Source: Hypanus sabinus (Eukaryota). From it: a stretch of 64,000 nt of DNA. Where the stretch lies: contig NC_082706.1 in NCBI RefSeq assembly GCF_030144855.1, positions 106,454,001 to 106,518,000 on the forward strand, given 5' to 3'. The notes under the pieces are model-generated. The model made no database searches and was not told the origin of the DNA. It saw nothing but the letters and a program-made list of their open reading frames with translations. Position 1 is the first letter of the stretch. Each line of letters starts with the position of its first letter. Positions 22,366 to 35,700 of this stretch are shown one piece after another. A program made the translations under genes and the position numbers.

Positions 22366-22796
22366 ATGGTTAAAAACAAGGCCTGTTGTTAATCACTGTT
22401 TGTATTCTGTTCATCATCCCCCTCGACAGCATGAAGTTGAGTTGAAAGCGCTATATGAGTGGACTGAGGGATTTCTCCTCCCTTGGGCACAGATCTCTGC
22501 AATCCGCCAGCTGTTAGTAGCCACTCGGGGATGTGGGGATGCGATGCAACAACAGGGCTGAAGGAGACCAGCCGTCATCTTGACGAATGGTGAGAAGGAT
22601 AGAAGGGCTGGATGGCCTGTTTCTGCTGCCACTTCTGTTCTGCTGGGTATCCCCGCCCCTGGCACCCAGCTCCTCCGATGAAGAGGGGGGTGGTTTAGGT
22701 CAACGGGCAGGTTCTGTCGGACATGTGTATTGGCAGGGAAGTGAGCTGGTTCTTCTCAGTGTTTAACCAGCTGTTTGGGGACACAGCAAAGCAAAT

Positions 22797-23193
22797 ATGT
22801 GGCCTGGCCCCTGATTCCTGGTGCTGACTTTCAGCTGTGCGTTCCCGATGCCTATTCAGTTTGTATCACTTTCTCCCACCGCGCAGAACTTGTTTTATTG
22901 GTCTTTGCTCTTCTTGCAGGTGGATGTGTGGCTCAGATCCTCACCCAGGTCCAACCATCGATTACCAAGCATCCCGGAAGAACATGTAACATCCAATGTA
23001 AAGTGACAGGAGAGAAGGCCCACAGCAATAATCCCCTTCACTGGTATCAACATAAACCAGGCCAGCTGCCAACCAGGATTCTTTATTATGGAGATAGGGT
23101 CAAGTGGGGTATTGGTTTCATGAACCTCTTCAACGGCGGAAAGAATGGACAGTCCACATTCTACCTCGAAGTCAAAAATATATGGCCTGAACA
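22797..23193 (+). pseudogene. TRGV: TCR gamma-type V pseudogene 'Ve' (Va/Vb-related); leader exon 22797-22836, intron 22837-22919
   Basis: Leader ATG TGG CCT GGC CCC TGA has a stop at 22812-22814 where Vb has TGG. V exon QILTQVQPSITK..CNIQCKV..NNPLHWYQHKPG..FYLEVKNIWPEQA stops before the YYC motif. Confidence 0.88.
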
Positions 23194-23232
23194 AGCAGTA
23201 TGTAACAGAACACTAAAGTCCGTACAGAAAGC
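23194..23232 (+). other. Damaged RSS of Ve: (AG)CAGTA + 23 nt + ACAGAAAGC
   Basis: The spacer TGTAACAGAACACTAAAGTCCGT is homologous to the Va spacer; the first two heptamer bases are lost. Confidence 0.8.
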
Positions 23233-23409
23233 CCGAACAGAAACTAATCAGATGAAGCAACCAATCTGGAGACTGTAGCGACCTCCAGATTGGTCTACGC
23301 TGGTATCCTTTTGCAGGAAGTTGGTCTGCACAAGAGGCAGGTGCATGAACTGCCGCTTCTTCATGAACCTTCATTTGAAGGAAGTATATCCTTCCTCTTC
23401 AGTAATGGT

Positions 23410-24000
23410 AATGCAAACTGTTGGGGCCCTCCCCCTGTAGAAGACATGTCTTCACTATTGATGAGGCCAAACATTGGTCAGAGGAGCAACACCTCATTTC
23501 CCGCCTGATTATTCTCTAGCCTGATGACATAAACATGGATTTCTCTAATTTCCAATAAATTCCCTCACCCCTTCACTCTTTTTAACCATTCCCCGTCCTG
23601 GTTGCGCTTTCACCCCTTCTCCTCATTTGCCCATCACCTTCTAGTTTCCCTTCTGCTTCCCTTTATTCCATTGTCCACTGTCCTAGCAGATTCCTTTTCC
23701 TTTACCTCTTTCACCTGTTACCTCCTAGCTTCTTAATAATTCCCCCTTTCCCACCCACCTTCTCCCTCGCCACCTAGTCTCACCTATCATCTGTCAACTT
23801 GTACTCCTTTCCCTCACCCACCTTCTTATTGTACATTCTGCCTCCATCCTTTCTAGTCCCAAATGAAGGGTCTCTGCTCCACCCCCAAAAATGTTTGCAG
23901 TTTATTCCCCTCAGTAGACACTGCCTGACTTGCTGAGTCCCTCCAGCATTTTGTGTATGTTGCTCTGGATTTCCAGCATCTGCAGAATTGCTTGTGTTTA
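23410..24000 (+). mobile_element. Penelope-like 3' remnant
   Basis: GAGGAGCAACACCTCATTTCCCGCC (EEQHLIFR-like C-terminus) followed by the same terminal repeat (CCAGCATTTTGTGTATGTTGCTCTGGATTTCCAGCATCTGCAG). Confidence 0.65.
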
Positions 24001-24560
24001 TTGATGACATATTTGCCTGAACTTGGTTCTTGATGACTGGCAGGGTCCGAGAGAGTACTATGGGTCTCGAGCTGAAGTCTAGCATCATCCATTTCTACTG
24101 AGCCTCGGATCCTGCATGGGGCTATTGACCCAAATTTTGTTGCTATCCTCTGAAAGGTCATTCCCCTCCCCCCCCAGCATATCCAAAGTAATATAACCGT
24201 TGCTGAGGGGAGTTGCCAGGGGAGGACCCTGCCTTATCTGTCTTTTACTTTTACATCTGGTGGTGGTCACCCAGCTAACTGTGGCCTGCATCTTAGGTGT
24301 GACCGCATCAGCATAGCCCTTATATCTGATGATCTCAGCACCCCAAATAATCTTTACAGCATTTAACTCCATCTCCAACTCCTTGACGCTGTCAGTCAAG
24401 CTGCATTTGGGGGCGCCTCCCGCTGCTGTAGTCATCAGGGGGGATTGCGAATTTTCTTAATCACCTACATTATGCAGGACAGGCATACTACACCCCTGAC
24501 TACCATGCAGACTACACTAAGTCTACATCCAGGGTAAGAATAAAAAGACCTTATCTGTAC
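24000..24560 (-). mobile_element. CR1 ORF1 fragment
   Basis: Minus ORF 24085-24435 (VKELEMELNAVKII..WVTTTRCKSK) resembles the CR1 ORF1s at 9.8 kb and 59.7 kb. Confidence 0.6.
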
Positions 24561-25229
24561 CTCCTCTCTGCCTCCTCACCAGAGCGTAAGGGGCAATGCC
24601 TCAGCACTTGCCCTCAACACACCACTTCCTGCTCACATACACAGCCATTCCCCAAAACGGCTGCGCATTAGTCACTGTCTTTTTATTAGCTAGTGCACCT
24701 CGTAATTCACCAAATAAAAACTATTTCTTCAAATTCATATTGATGTTTTATTTATCACATGTATATCAACAAATTCAGTGAATGTTTGTGTCAGCAATGA
24801 ACATACCCAAGGTTGTGCTGGAAACAGCCCATTCATGTTGCCATGCATTCAGGTGCCAATGGAGCATGCCCAACAGAACAACAACAACAACACACTGTAT
24901 GGAATGGCAAAGGCAGCAGCAGTAACAACAACAGCAGAACGAAACAAGGCAACAATATCAAAACAACACGTGAGAATGTTTGCAGGTGGTGGAAACCCAA
25001 TGCAACACATACAAAATGCTGGAGGAGCTCAGCAGATCAGGTAGCAGCATGGAAATGAATAAGCAGTCGACGTTTCAAGCTGAGACTCTTCCTCGGGACT
25101 AAAAAGGAAGGGGGAAAGACGACAGAATTAAACTGTGGTGTGGTGGAAGGATGATTGTTATAAGGTGATAGGTGAAGCCCTGGTGATGTGTGCAACATCA
25201 AAACAAACCGCTTCCCCACCTTCCCACCC

Positions 25230-27250
25230 ATCCACCCAACCACTCACACATTGAGACAGGCCTCCAACCCCAGGCCAGGCCTCCTTTGGGCCTCCAGATC
25301 ATGGCCTCGGACTCTCAAACTCGCAAACAACGGACATCCAAACAATTTCTGGCTCGTACCCAGAGATTCGACTTTCAGGCCTCTATTTCCACCAATGCTG
25401 AGGATCAAGATGGTATGGACAAGGGAAGAACAAGAGTGCTTACAGGACTGCTTTGAATCAGTGGCCTGGACTGTATTCAGGGATTCATCTTCGAATCCGA
25501 ATGAGTATGCGGCAGTTGTTACCGACTTCATTAAAACCTCTGCGTGCCTACGAAATCTTGCTGTACCTTTCCAAACCAACAGTTGTGGATGAACCAGGGG
25601 GTTTGTCATCTGCGAGGGCTAGATCTCTGGTATTTAAATCTGGTGACCCAGGTCTGTACAAGAAAGCTAGGCATGACTTGCAAAAGGCTACTTCAAGAGT
25701 GAAGAAACAGTTCCAAGCAAGGTTGGAGGCGACATCGGATGCACGTCAACTCTGGCATGGTTTTGCATTCGTCACTTCATACAGAGCGAAACCCAATAGT
25801 ATGAATGGCAGAAATGCTTCATTACCAAATGAGCTCAATGCCTTTACGCCTGCTTTGAAAGGGAGAATATAATTATAGCTATGAAGATCCCTGCTGCATC
25901 TGGTGACCCCATGATCTCTGACTCAGCGGCCGATATTAGGCTGTCTTTCAGGAGGGTGAACCGTAAAGCGACTGGCCCTGTTGGAGTACCTGGTAAGGCT
26001 CTGAAAACTTGTGTGCACAAATATTCAAGGGTATTTTCAACCTTCAGAAGTCTTCACCTGCTTCAAAAAGGCAACAATTATACCAGTGTCTAAGAAGAGT
26101 AGAATGAACTGCCTTAATGACTACCCCAGTAGCACTCACATCTACAGTGATGAAAGGCTTTGAAAGGTTGGTCATGGCTAGAATGGACTCTACCTCAGCG
26201 AGGTCCTGGAGCCATAATCACCACAGTATGGCTGGCACAATCCCAATGGCTCTTCACACAGCCTCCGATCAACTGGACAATACAAACACCTAAGTCAGGA
26301 TGCTGTTCATCCTCTATAGCATTTAACACCATCATTCCCACAGACCCAGTTGATAAGCTACAGAAGCTGGGCCTCTGTACCTCCCTTTGCAATTGGATCC
26401 TCAACTTCTAAATTGGAAGGCCAAAATCTATGTGGGCTGGTATTAATATCTCCTTCTCACTGACGATCAACACTGGCACACCTCAGGGGTGTGTGATTAG
26501 CCAACTGCTCTACTCCTTCTATACTCATGACTATGTGGCTATGTATAGCTCAAACATCAAGGATAGGTTTGCTGATATACCAGCTGGTTGACTGGTGTCA
26601 CAGCAACAACCTTGCACTCAACGCCAGTAAGCTGACAGAGTTGATTGTGGACTTCAGGAAGGGTAAGACATGGGAACACAAACTAATCCTCATAGAGAGA
26701 TCAGAAGTGGAAAGAGTAAGCATTTTTAAATTCCTGGGGGTCAAGATCTCTGAGAATCTAACCTGGTCCCAACATATTGATGCAGCTATGAAGAAGGCAA
26801 GACAGCGGCTATACTTCCTTAGGAGTTTGAAGAGATTTGGTTTGTCACCTAAAACATTTGATAACTTGTACTATGGAGAGCATTCTGACAGGCTGCATTA
26901 CTGTCTGGTATAGGGGTGCTACTGCACAGGATGGAAATAAGCTGCAGAATGTTGTAAAAGTAGTCAGCTCCATCTTGGGTACTGGCCTTTGTAGTATCCA
27001 AGTCATCTTCAAGGAGAGGTTCCTCAAAAAAGCGGTGTCCATTAATAAGGAGCCCCATCGCCCAGGACATGCCCTGTTTGCTTTGTCACCATCAGGGAGG
27101 AGGTACAGAAACCTGAAGGAACACACTCAGTGATTCAGGAACAACATCTTCCCTCTGCCATCGGATTTCTATATGGACATTGAACCCATGAACACTACTT
27201 CATTGTCATATTTTTTTTCTGTTTTGCACTATTTTAATCTAAATATTTAA
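25230..27250 (+). mobile_element. Decayed Rex1/Babar-type LINE (RT region)
   Basis: CLQDCFESVAW..KSGDPGLYKKARHDL..TGTPQGCV..VDWCHSNNLALNASK..QRLYFLRSLKRFG..ESILTGCITVWY. Confidence 0.78.
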
Positions 27251-29582
27251 TATAGTTAATCCCCAACTTCTGTCTTCAACCTGTTCAAAGTTCAAAGTAC
27301 AATTATTATCAAAGTATGTATACAGTATATACTCCTGTGATTTATCCTCCCACAAGTAGCCCCAAAACAAAGAAACACCATTGACCCGTTAAAAGAAAAT
27401 GCCCAATAGGTGAAAAACATGCAAATCGTGCAAACAGCAAAAAGCAAGCAAATAATACACAGAACATTAATCCCCAGGAAACAGACCAGGAGAGACAGTC
27501 AGTGAAGGTCAGTTCAGTTTAGTAGTATGTCGACGACAGCAAGTCTCAGATGCAGAGTCAGTTCCTTAATCAAGTCATACAAATAGCGAAAAAGAGTAAC
27601 CAGAAACACATAGAACATGAACCGGAGAGCCTCCAAACATGAATTTGCGCATTCTGCTCTGAGGACATTAAACATCAAACCATAGATTCTCAGAAAAAAG
27701 TTTTCTGGGCTTTCTACCTCTGGGCTCTGGGCTCTGGGCTTTGCACTCCATACTTCATTGACCTCTGGGAATTGACCCCAGGGCTCACCATCAACTTTGG
27801 CCCTGCTTCTAAATATATAATAATGGCTTTCTAGCTGCTACTGTTCACAGCTTGGGAACTCATTAATAGAGTATCCATTACTGTTCCCATAATGTCTTTG
27901 TATCAAATCAGGGATGATCCCCTGAATTATTAGTAATGGTAGAGTGAGAGATTCCATGGATGTTGAGTTTAAAAATTCTGTTGGAATACTGCTGATGATA
28001 ATCCACAGACCTTGTAAATGTCCATTTGATGATAACTAGGTACAGTAGGCTCATTTATAATGTTGATTCTTTCACTGTCTGCTGCAGAATCTGGCAAATA
28101 TGTGTAGCTTCAACAGTGATGGTTCTACTAATTCAGATGATGTCAATATGGCAGTTCCTCATTCAGAGTATTTTCTGTCCTCTTGCTACTCTCAACATTT
28201 CATTCTGCGTTGTGCAACATGGAGGAACAGTGCTTCATCAGATGAATTGATTATCTTCATCAGCTTATGAATGAAGATGATAGATTTTATTCAAAAGGAT
28301 GTTTACTTGATCTCAGAGGAAGATACTTCGTGAATCTGCAGTCAATATGAGGGCATTCACATTTACATCACTCTTCTGCTAAATGACTTTGGGGTTTGAC
28401 CAACCCAACTATTGTGATGGCAGTATCTAGCATGTTTCCTGTAAGTATTATACTGCAAGGTGAGAGGCACCTCCTTGGATGTCAGTGGTGCAAAGTCACT
28501 CACATGTTGCAGGAATGTGGACCAAATTGGCCTGGAATGTGTTGGGGAGCATCAGCAAGGAACATGGTAGAAACCTGCAGCACTTTCATGGGCATTGTAT
28601 GGGGGGCATAAAATGCAATTTGAATTTCAGTATGTGCTATTTCTTTAAATGAAGAGCACATTTACTTTTTCCAGATTATTACTTATAAATCTATTTTCCT
28701 GTTATTTCAAGGTAATAGTCCGTGCATATTGCTTGCATTCTATCAGAACCAGAACAATTGTTAAAGATGTTCATGAAGTATTGTTTTCATGGCAGTGTTC
28801 CAAGGAAGAACATTAAACATCAAACCACAGATTCCCAGAAAAGAGCTTTCTGGGCTTTCTACCTCCAGATTCACCGGAGCTCTGGGCTTAGTACTGCATA
28901 CTTCACTGTCCTCTTACCCCAGGGCTCACCAATCACCTTTGGCCCTACTTATTTGTATATAGAGGGACATTAAAAATTTTAAATCAGAAAAAACTCAAAA
29001 TATTTAAGTAAACAAGCATCACCATCCTTGCATGGCCATCATTTGGTATTGTAATTCCCTCACCGATCACACAATGGAACACATAAGAATTCTAAACAGC
29101 TGTTTCAACAGTCGCTCCAGGTAAATCATCACAGATGCCAAGGTAATTGAACAAATAAAGCTTATTTTCTTCAGAGATATTTCACTACTCCGTTGTCCAA
29201 TTCAAACTATGCTTTCATGTTAAATGTCATTTCATTCTGAAAATTTATCTAATTATTATTTTATGTAGATTACACTGAATTTATTATAATTAGCTCCCAT
29301 TAAGTAATCATACTGTGATAATGGAACCATATGTAATTGATGTGAACTTTTCAAAACATTGGAAAGCATATTCTAAAAAAAGAATCCTGGACTAATAATC
29401 TTCAAATCTTGATATTAATCTAACATGTGGGTAGAACAATATTTTAAATAATAATGTAATTTATTTATACTATGAGAGTAATTCAAGTTACAGTACTATC
29501 AACAAATAATACGGAAAAGAAGACCATAGCACGCTGAGCAAATTCATAGAATTATAAGAAAACAAAGATGGCTCGTGCCATA

Positions 29583-30120
29583 CACTAAGTGGCCACTTTT
29601 TTAGGTACAGCTGCACATCTGCTCATTAATGCAAGTATCTAATCAGCCAATCATGTGGCAGTAACTCAATGCATGCAGACATGGTCAAGAAGTTCAGTTA
29701 TTGTTCAGACTAAACATCAGAATGTGGGGAAAATATGATATATATGACTTTAACTGTGGAATAATTTTTGGTGTCAGATGGGGTGGTTTTGAGTATCTCA
29801 GAAACTGCTGATCTCCTGGGATTTTCATCCACATCAGTCTTAACAGTTTACAGAGGATGGAGTGAAAAACAAACAAAAAATCCAGTGAGTGGCAGTTCTG
29901 TGGGCCAAATCACCTTGTTGATGAGAGGTCAGAGGAGAATGGCCAGACCGGTTCAAGCTGACAGAAAGATGACAGTAACTCAAATATCCATCTGTTACAA
30001 CAGTGGTGTGCAGTAGAGCATCCCTGCATAGATGACACCTCAAACCTTGAAGTGGATGAGCTATAGCAGCAGAAGACCACACTTGATTCCATTTGTGCTT
30101 AATAAAGTGGCCATTGAGTG
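29583..30120 (+). mobile_element. Internally deleted Tc1-like transposon
   Basis: TA|CACTAAGTGGCCACTTT ... AAAGTGGCCATTGAGTG|TA; internal paired-HTH-like remnant (SISETADLLGFSSTSV..RGQRRMARPVQADRK). Confidence 0.88.
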
Positions 30121-32796
30121 TATATCCTATCTTTGCAACGTGACAAAAGATGAAGACTTTCAAAGATACCAACAGCACTGTAGTTACATGAATGACTGTA
30201 GATAGCAGTTCCTGCAGTATGAAAAGGCGAACAGACAGAGTGTAGTTGATACTGGGTAGATGCCTGAAAATGTAGTTGTACAGTTGTTGTCAGGGTTGTT
30301 TGAACTGAAATCATCTACAGATTGTTGCATATCACTGAAGCTAAAATTTGATAATCAGAATGCAGGTTATCTGTAGTTGTGGAAATGTCTTGGTTCATAA
30401 CTTACGATTGGAGACTGCCAAGAAAGCTGTACCCATAGAGAGATTTGAAATCAAGAATGACTATTATAAATAAGATATTGCTCATCATTTCTCTTCATCA
30501 GCAATGGAGGTGTAATATGGAAACAGATTCGAGCATCCAGTGAGTGAACAGGAGGCACAGATTACAAGAAAGCATATCAACCATTTATTTATAGACAAGC
30601 GGTAAAACACTCAACCAAACATCTAATTCAAACAAGGGCTCATGTAAGCCACCCTAAGTTACAAAAACTATGACACTGAACATTTAGTAACATTTCAAAC
30701 CCAAGAGGTACTTCATTAAGTCTCCCCAAGTTACACAGCTACAGAGCTAAATGTTCAACAAAGGTGTGTTGCGATGTGAATGAGCCCTCCTACATCTGCA
30801 GCATACTTTCCTAATGGTTCTTCAGCACTGGTCGCAACCTCAGTGTGTAGATGATCCCCTGGAGACAAAGGAAAGAGCGCAAGTCTCTCACACATGCTAT
30901 TCTTATAACCCTGAGGCACCAGAACTGGAAACTGGTTCCTTGGCACACAAGACAACCAATGGGAAAGAGCTGCTGCTTCCCTCAAATAGGCCAATCAATG
31001 ATGGTACAGCAGAAGTGGCTTTTGACCAGCTAGTAAATTCATTCTTTACATTATATCCATCCTGAGAAAGATGCGACACAATCCGGCCCTCAGACTAGTA
31101 TGAACCCCACTAATGCCCCACTAAACTACATATAAAATTCAAAAGTACAATACCTAGTATTATAAACCCAATAGTCATCTCCAGTATACTACAGTAGTCC
31201 TCCAGCTTCCCTCCAGAGTTTAGTAGGACTGTCTCTCAACCTTATCCACTGTCTGTCGGATATGACCAGCCAGATCAGCAATGTTCCTCAACTCATCAGG
31301 AATGTAGGTGCAGCATTTTTAACCAATAATGGTCCAAGTGCCAATTTTCTGTGCAAACAGTTAATCAAAGGGCATCCGTATCAGTTTCTGAGACAGTCTG
31401 ACTATACCATACTGGCTATCATCCGAAATCTTTCTGCCTCCATGACACCCCTCCAATTCCACTGATCAACATGGACAGGGTGTTCATGAAGGGCACTGAG
31501 GTGGTGTATGTACCCCACACACCCCAGACAGTAGCAGCCAGAACACATGGTAGAGAGCCATGGGTAGGTCCAGGAGCCGCATATCCACTAAGTGCCCATC
31601 TTCATAGCAACATTCAGTGTGGACACAGACATCCCAGAATACTGACCCAGCTCACACTCGCCATGATCCATGGTTGGACTTGTGCCTATCATACTACCTA
31701 CACCAACATTCCTTTAACTTCCCTATCAGCTAGGTATCACTTTCAGAGTTGGGACACTTGAATTAGACAAATTGTACATCGGAAAATATCAGCCCCTAAA
31801 GCACTATTTCCACTGGGGGTTACTGAGGTTCAAGTTCATTAAGGCCACCACCCTACTGTGGGGCGAGGTTGTCTGGAATGGACTACTCCCTCTCGGCTTC
31901 CCCTAATAGAGTTGCAAAACCTAAGAAACTGGACAATTTTCCACAAGATTGATGATGGCACTTACATGATTGCTTAACATATGTGGTTGTCAAACCGAGG
32001 AGATTTGCCCATCTTAATATGCTTCATCTGCAAGTACCTCCTTCCTTGTAATATGCATATGATCCAAGACCTAACTACTAATTACCCTCACTTCTTTGAC
32101 ATTCATGATATTCTCCTTAATAAACATCAATGAGAAATAGATGTTAAATTTTCAGTCATCTCTTCCAGCTCCACACACAGGTAGCCCTGATGGACTTTAA
32201 GAGGACTCAATCTCTCCTGAGTCACGCTTTTACTTTTAATATAACTGGAAGCTTTTGGGATTATTTTTAATCCTGTCTGCCAAATCCAGCTTTTACACTC
32301 ATTTTGCCCTCCTGATTTCTCTCTTAAGCTTGCTATTAAACTTCATCAACAGATTCATTTATACCCAGCTGTTAAAATGCAATGTGCATTTCCATTCTTT
32401 CCATGACCTGATCCTTGATATCTCTTGGCAGCCAGGTTTCACTGAGTGTGATATATCTACCCTCAGCCTAACATGACCATGCTAGTACTGGACTCTTAAT
32501 ATACCCCTTTTAAAAGCTGCTCAATTGCCATCTGTCCCATTGCATTTAAGTAGTCACCCAGTTGACCCCATCTAGATCCTCCCTAATGCTTTTAAAGTTG
32601 GCCTTGCTTCAATTCGAGATTTTCACCTGTAGGCCTGTCTGTCTTCTCCCATACTATTTTAAAAGCTAATAGAATTGTGGTCACTGGACTCAGAGTGCTC
32701 CCCAGCTGCCATTTCCGATTTTTTGCTCTGCCTCATTCCCTAAGAGGAGGTCCAGTATTATTTCCACCCAAGCAGGTTGTCCAGCCCTCCTCTCAG

Positions 32797-35700
32797 TGGC
32801 ACAACCATGGACTTAGCCATCGAGTCTGTGCACCCTTGCAGCTGAAAGGGGTTGGCAATCACGCTCATGAGAATGCACATTCCAGAAAAGTAGGATTTCT
32901 TTGTGGTAGTATTTAGTTCCTTTTCTTTTGTTTCAGTCTTGTGAAGTCTTGACCAAAGCACAGTGACGGCAATGCTCTCTGTTTTCCTTAGTCCATGTTC
33001 TGGGAAAGAAGACTCCAATGTAGATTGACACTCTAAAGGACCAGTATTAACTTAGTATTAAGTTACTGCTGCAGTGTCGGTCTTAGTTTTTAGTTAGCAA
33101 CCCTGTTGGCCAAGCAGTTATTTCCTTTTTGTTCTGTAGAGATTTATTGAAATTTAAGAGACAATTTTATTGTAAGAACTGTTCATTCTTCTTCAGTGTC
33201 TCTCCATCTGCACTCAGGTCATCACTAAACATCTTGTCAGCAAGACTTGGCCATGAAAGTGGACCCGGCAGAGAGAGAATAGCTGACTATTGCCCTGAAA
33301 TTCATTGGTCAGATAATAGATAAGTTAGTCAGTGGAGGCTGGGTTGGCAGAAGTGGCTCACTCAGTGCAACAACTACTCTCAGAGCAGCAAGCCTGCACA
33401 AACCAAAGTTTATTGGTCAGATGGAGGAGAGGTTAAATTCAATAGTGATCAGCAGGGCGCAGGCCCGAGAGCATACTGAAGAGGCAGGCCCACGTCCAAG
33501 AGTGAGGAACGACCCGAGGTTTGGTCAATTTAAGCACTGGCAAGATTAAAAGGTATTTGGGGCTGGAGGCGAAGGACAGGTCAGTTCACCTCACTGTACC
33601 ATGAGATTTACTTGTCTCTGTGTTCTACTGAGGCTGTGGACTGCAACTAACAGACTTATAGATTGGCTGCAACTGACTTTGTGACTCTTGGCTCACTTTC
33701 ATGAACTTCAGTTTTGAATGTTATTTGCTAACTTTTATTGTTTGCATGATTTGTTTTTTTCTGCACATTGGGTGTTGGCGGTCTTTTTTAATGCGTTCTA
33801 TTTGGGTTTATTTAGTTTTGTAGCTGCCTGTAAGAAGATGAACCTCAAGGTTGTGTATCATATACATGCATTGATAATAAGTGTACTTTGAACTTTGAAG
33901 TGGCTCACACAGTGTGGCATCTACTGTGAGAGCAGCAAACCCAGTCCAAGCAGGAAGAACAGGTGTCAGCACTCACAGTGACGGTTCAGCAACTCACCAT
34001 AGTTCGGGGAGGAGCCCATGCAGGTGGGGAGCTTTCAGCTATCTCAGGAGGAATGAGAACAGGTTACTGCTGCTGCTGGCTCTCCAGAACACTTCTGGGT
34101 ATCATGTCCCTATCATGCAGTAGAAGAGGATACCCATCAGCAACAAGAGGAATTTAAACTAGTTGATTCTCCCTGCAAGCATCTTCCCCTGAGTAATGCT
34201 CCCCACTTCACTGTTGTGGGGGATCCACAGCCATGAACCAGGCATTTTTTGACTCTGACACCTAGGAATTTCTTAAATATCTCTCTGCCTCACTGATGAG
34301 GACTTCCCACTCAACAACTGAGAGAGAATATTGATGCCAAGGCTCTGTATGGATTACTCCTGGACTCCAGCAGGATCCACCTTTCCACAATACCCCTCCA
34401 ACCTGTGCTAGAAGGCAACCATATGGCACAGCACCCTTTTTATCTTGTTGATTCACCTATCTTGTTGTTTGACCTTCCCTGGCTACCTAGACACAACTAT
34501 GGATCAATTGTTCCTAGAGAGGGGCCAGCATGCTGTCTACCTGTCTGGGTCCAAGTATCTATCAGCATATACCCTCCTATGCCAACTGCTAGTGTGTTCC
34601 AGTTGAATATGCTAACCTTCTTGAGGTCTTCAGTAAGAAGAAGGCCACCTCCCTGTCTCCACACCAGCCATATGACTACATCACTGACCTCTAATCTAGT
34701 CCTCCCTGGGGCCGGCTCTTTCCCCTCTCCAATCCTGAAACAGTGGCCATGGAAGAATACATCAATGAAGCATTGGCCTGAGGATTCATCTGTCCTTCAA
34801 TTTCACCAAAAGAGGCAGGCTACTTTTTTTTTGGGATGGCAAGCTCTATCCCTATATTGATTAGCAGCCTCCCAAAAACATTACAGTGAAGAACCATTAC
34901 AACCTTCCCCTGCTTGCCTCTGCCTTTGAATATCTCTAGGGAACAACCATATTCTCCAAGACAGAGTAATCCTAATTCACATTGGAGAAGAGGACGAGTG
35001 GAAGACAGCATTCAACACCTCCACGTCCCCTATGACTACCATGTGAATCCACTTGGTCAGGCCCAAGTCAATGAAGAGATCCAGGACATCTTGAATAAGC
35101 TTGTTTTCGTGTGTTTGGATGACATTCTTATCTACTCCCGCTCTCACCAGGAACACCTCCAGTATGTCCAGGGGGTTCTCATTTGGTTCCTTGAAAACAA
35201 CCTTTATGTCAAGCCAGAGAAGTGTGAGTTCCACAAAGAGCAGGTGTCATTTTTGGAACATATCCTCAGCCCTTCCAGCGTTCAGATGAACCCATGTAAA
35301 GTTCAGGCAGTCACAGAGTGGCCCAGAACAGCTATGATCAACCAGGTGAGGTGCTTTATGGGATCTACAAACTTTCATTGTTACTTCATCTGAAACTTCA
35401 GTTCCATTATGGCTCTCATAAATGTACAAACTAAGAAGACCTTTGTCGGAATTCCTCGACAAGTGAATTATACCTAGCATTCTCAGAGCTAAAGTGAAGC
35501 TTCGCTACCTCCCCAGTAGCCCAATCCAGACTCATCCCATCCACTCATTATCAAGGTTGATGCATCCAATGTCAGTGTTGCAACTGGACTACTCTCCCAG
35601 TGCTCTTCTGTAGATAATTATCTGTGCTTTTCTTTCCTGCCATTTGACCCCTGCAAATGGTCCCTATGACATCAGGAACTGAGAACTGATGGTCAGGAAG

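Noticed and set aside
27660-28960. ~160-bp direct repeats at ~27660 and ~28806 as LTRs or array units
   Set aside because: No TG..CA ends, TSD or internal retroelement motifs; probably two copies of a short dispersed repeat. No CRISPR-like or other regular arrays, and no tRNA/rRNA genes, were seen in the window.
30500-31760. Possible Tx1-like LINE remnant on the minus strand
   Set aside because: Too degenerate to classify by eye; left unannotated.
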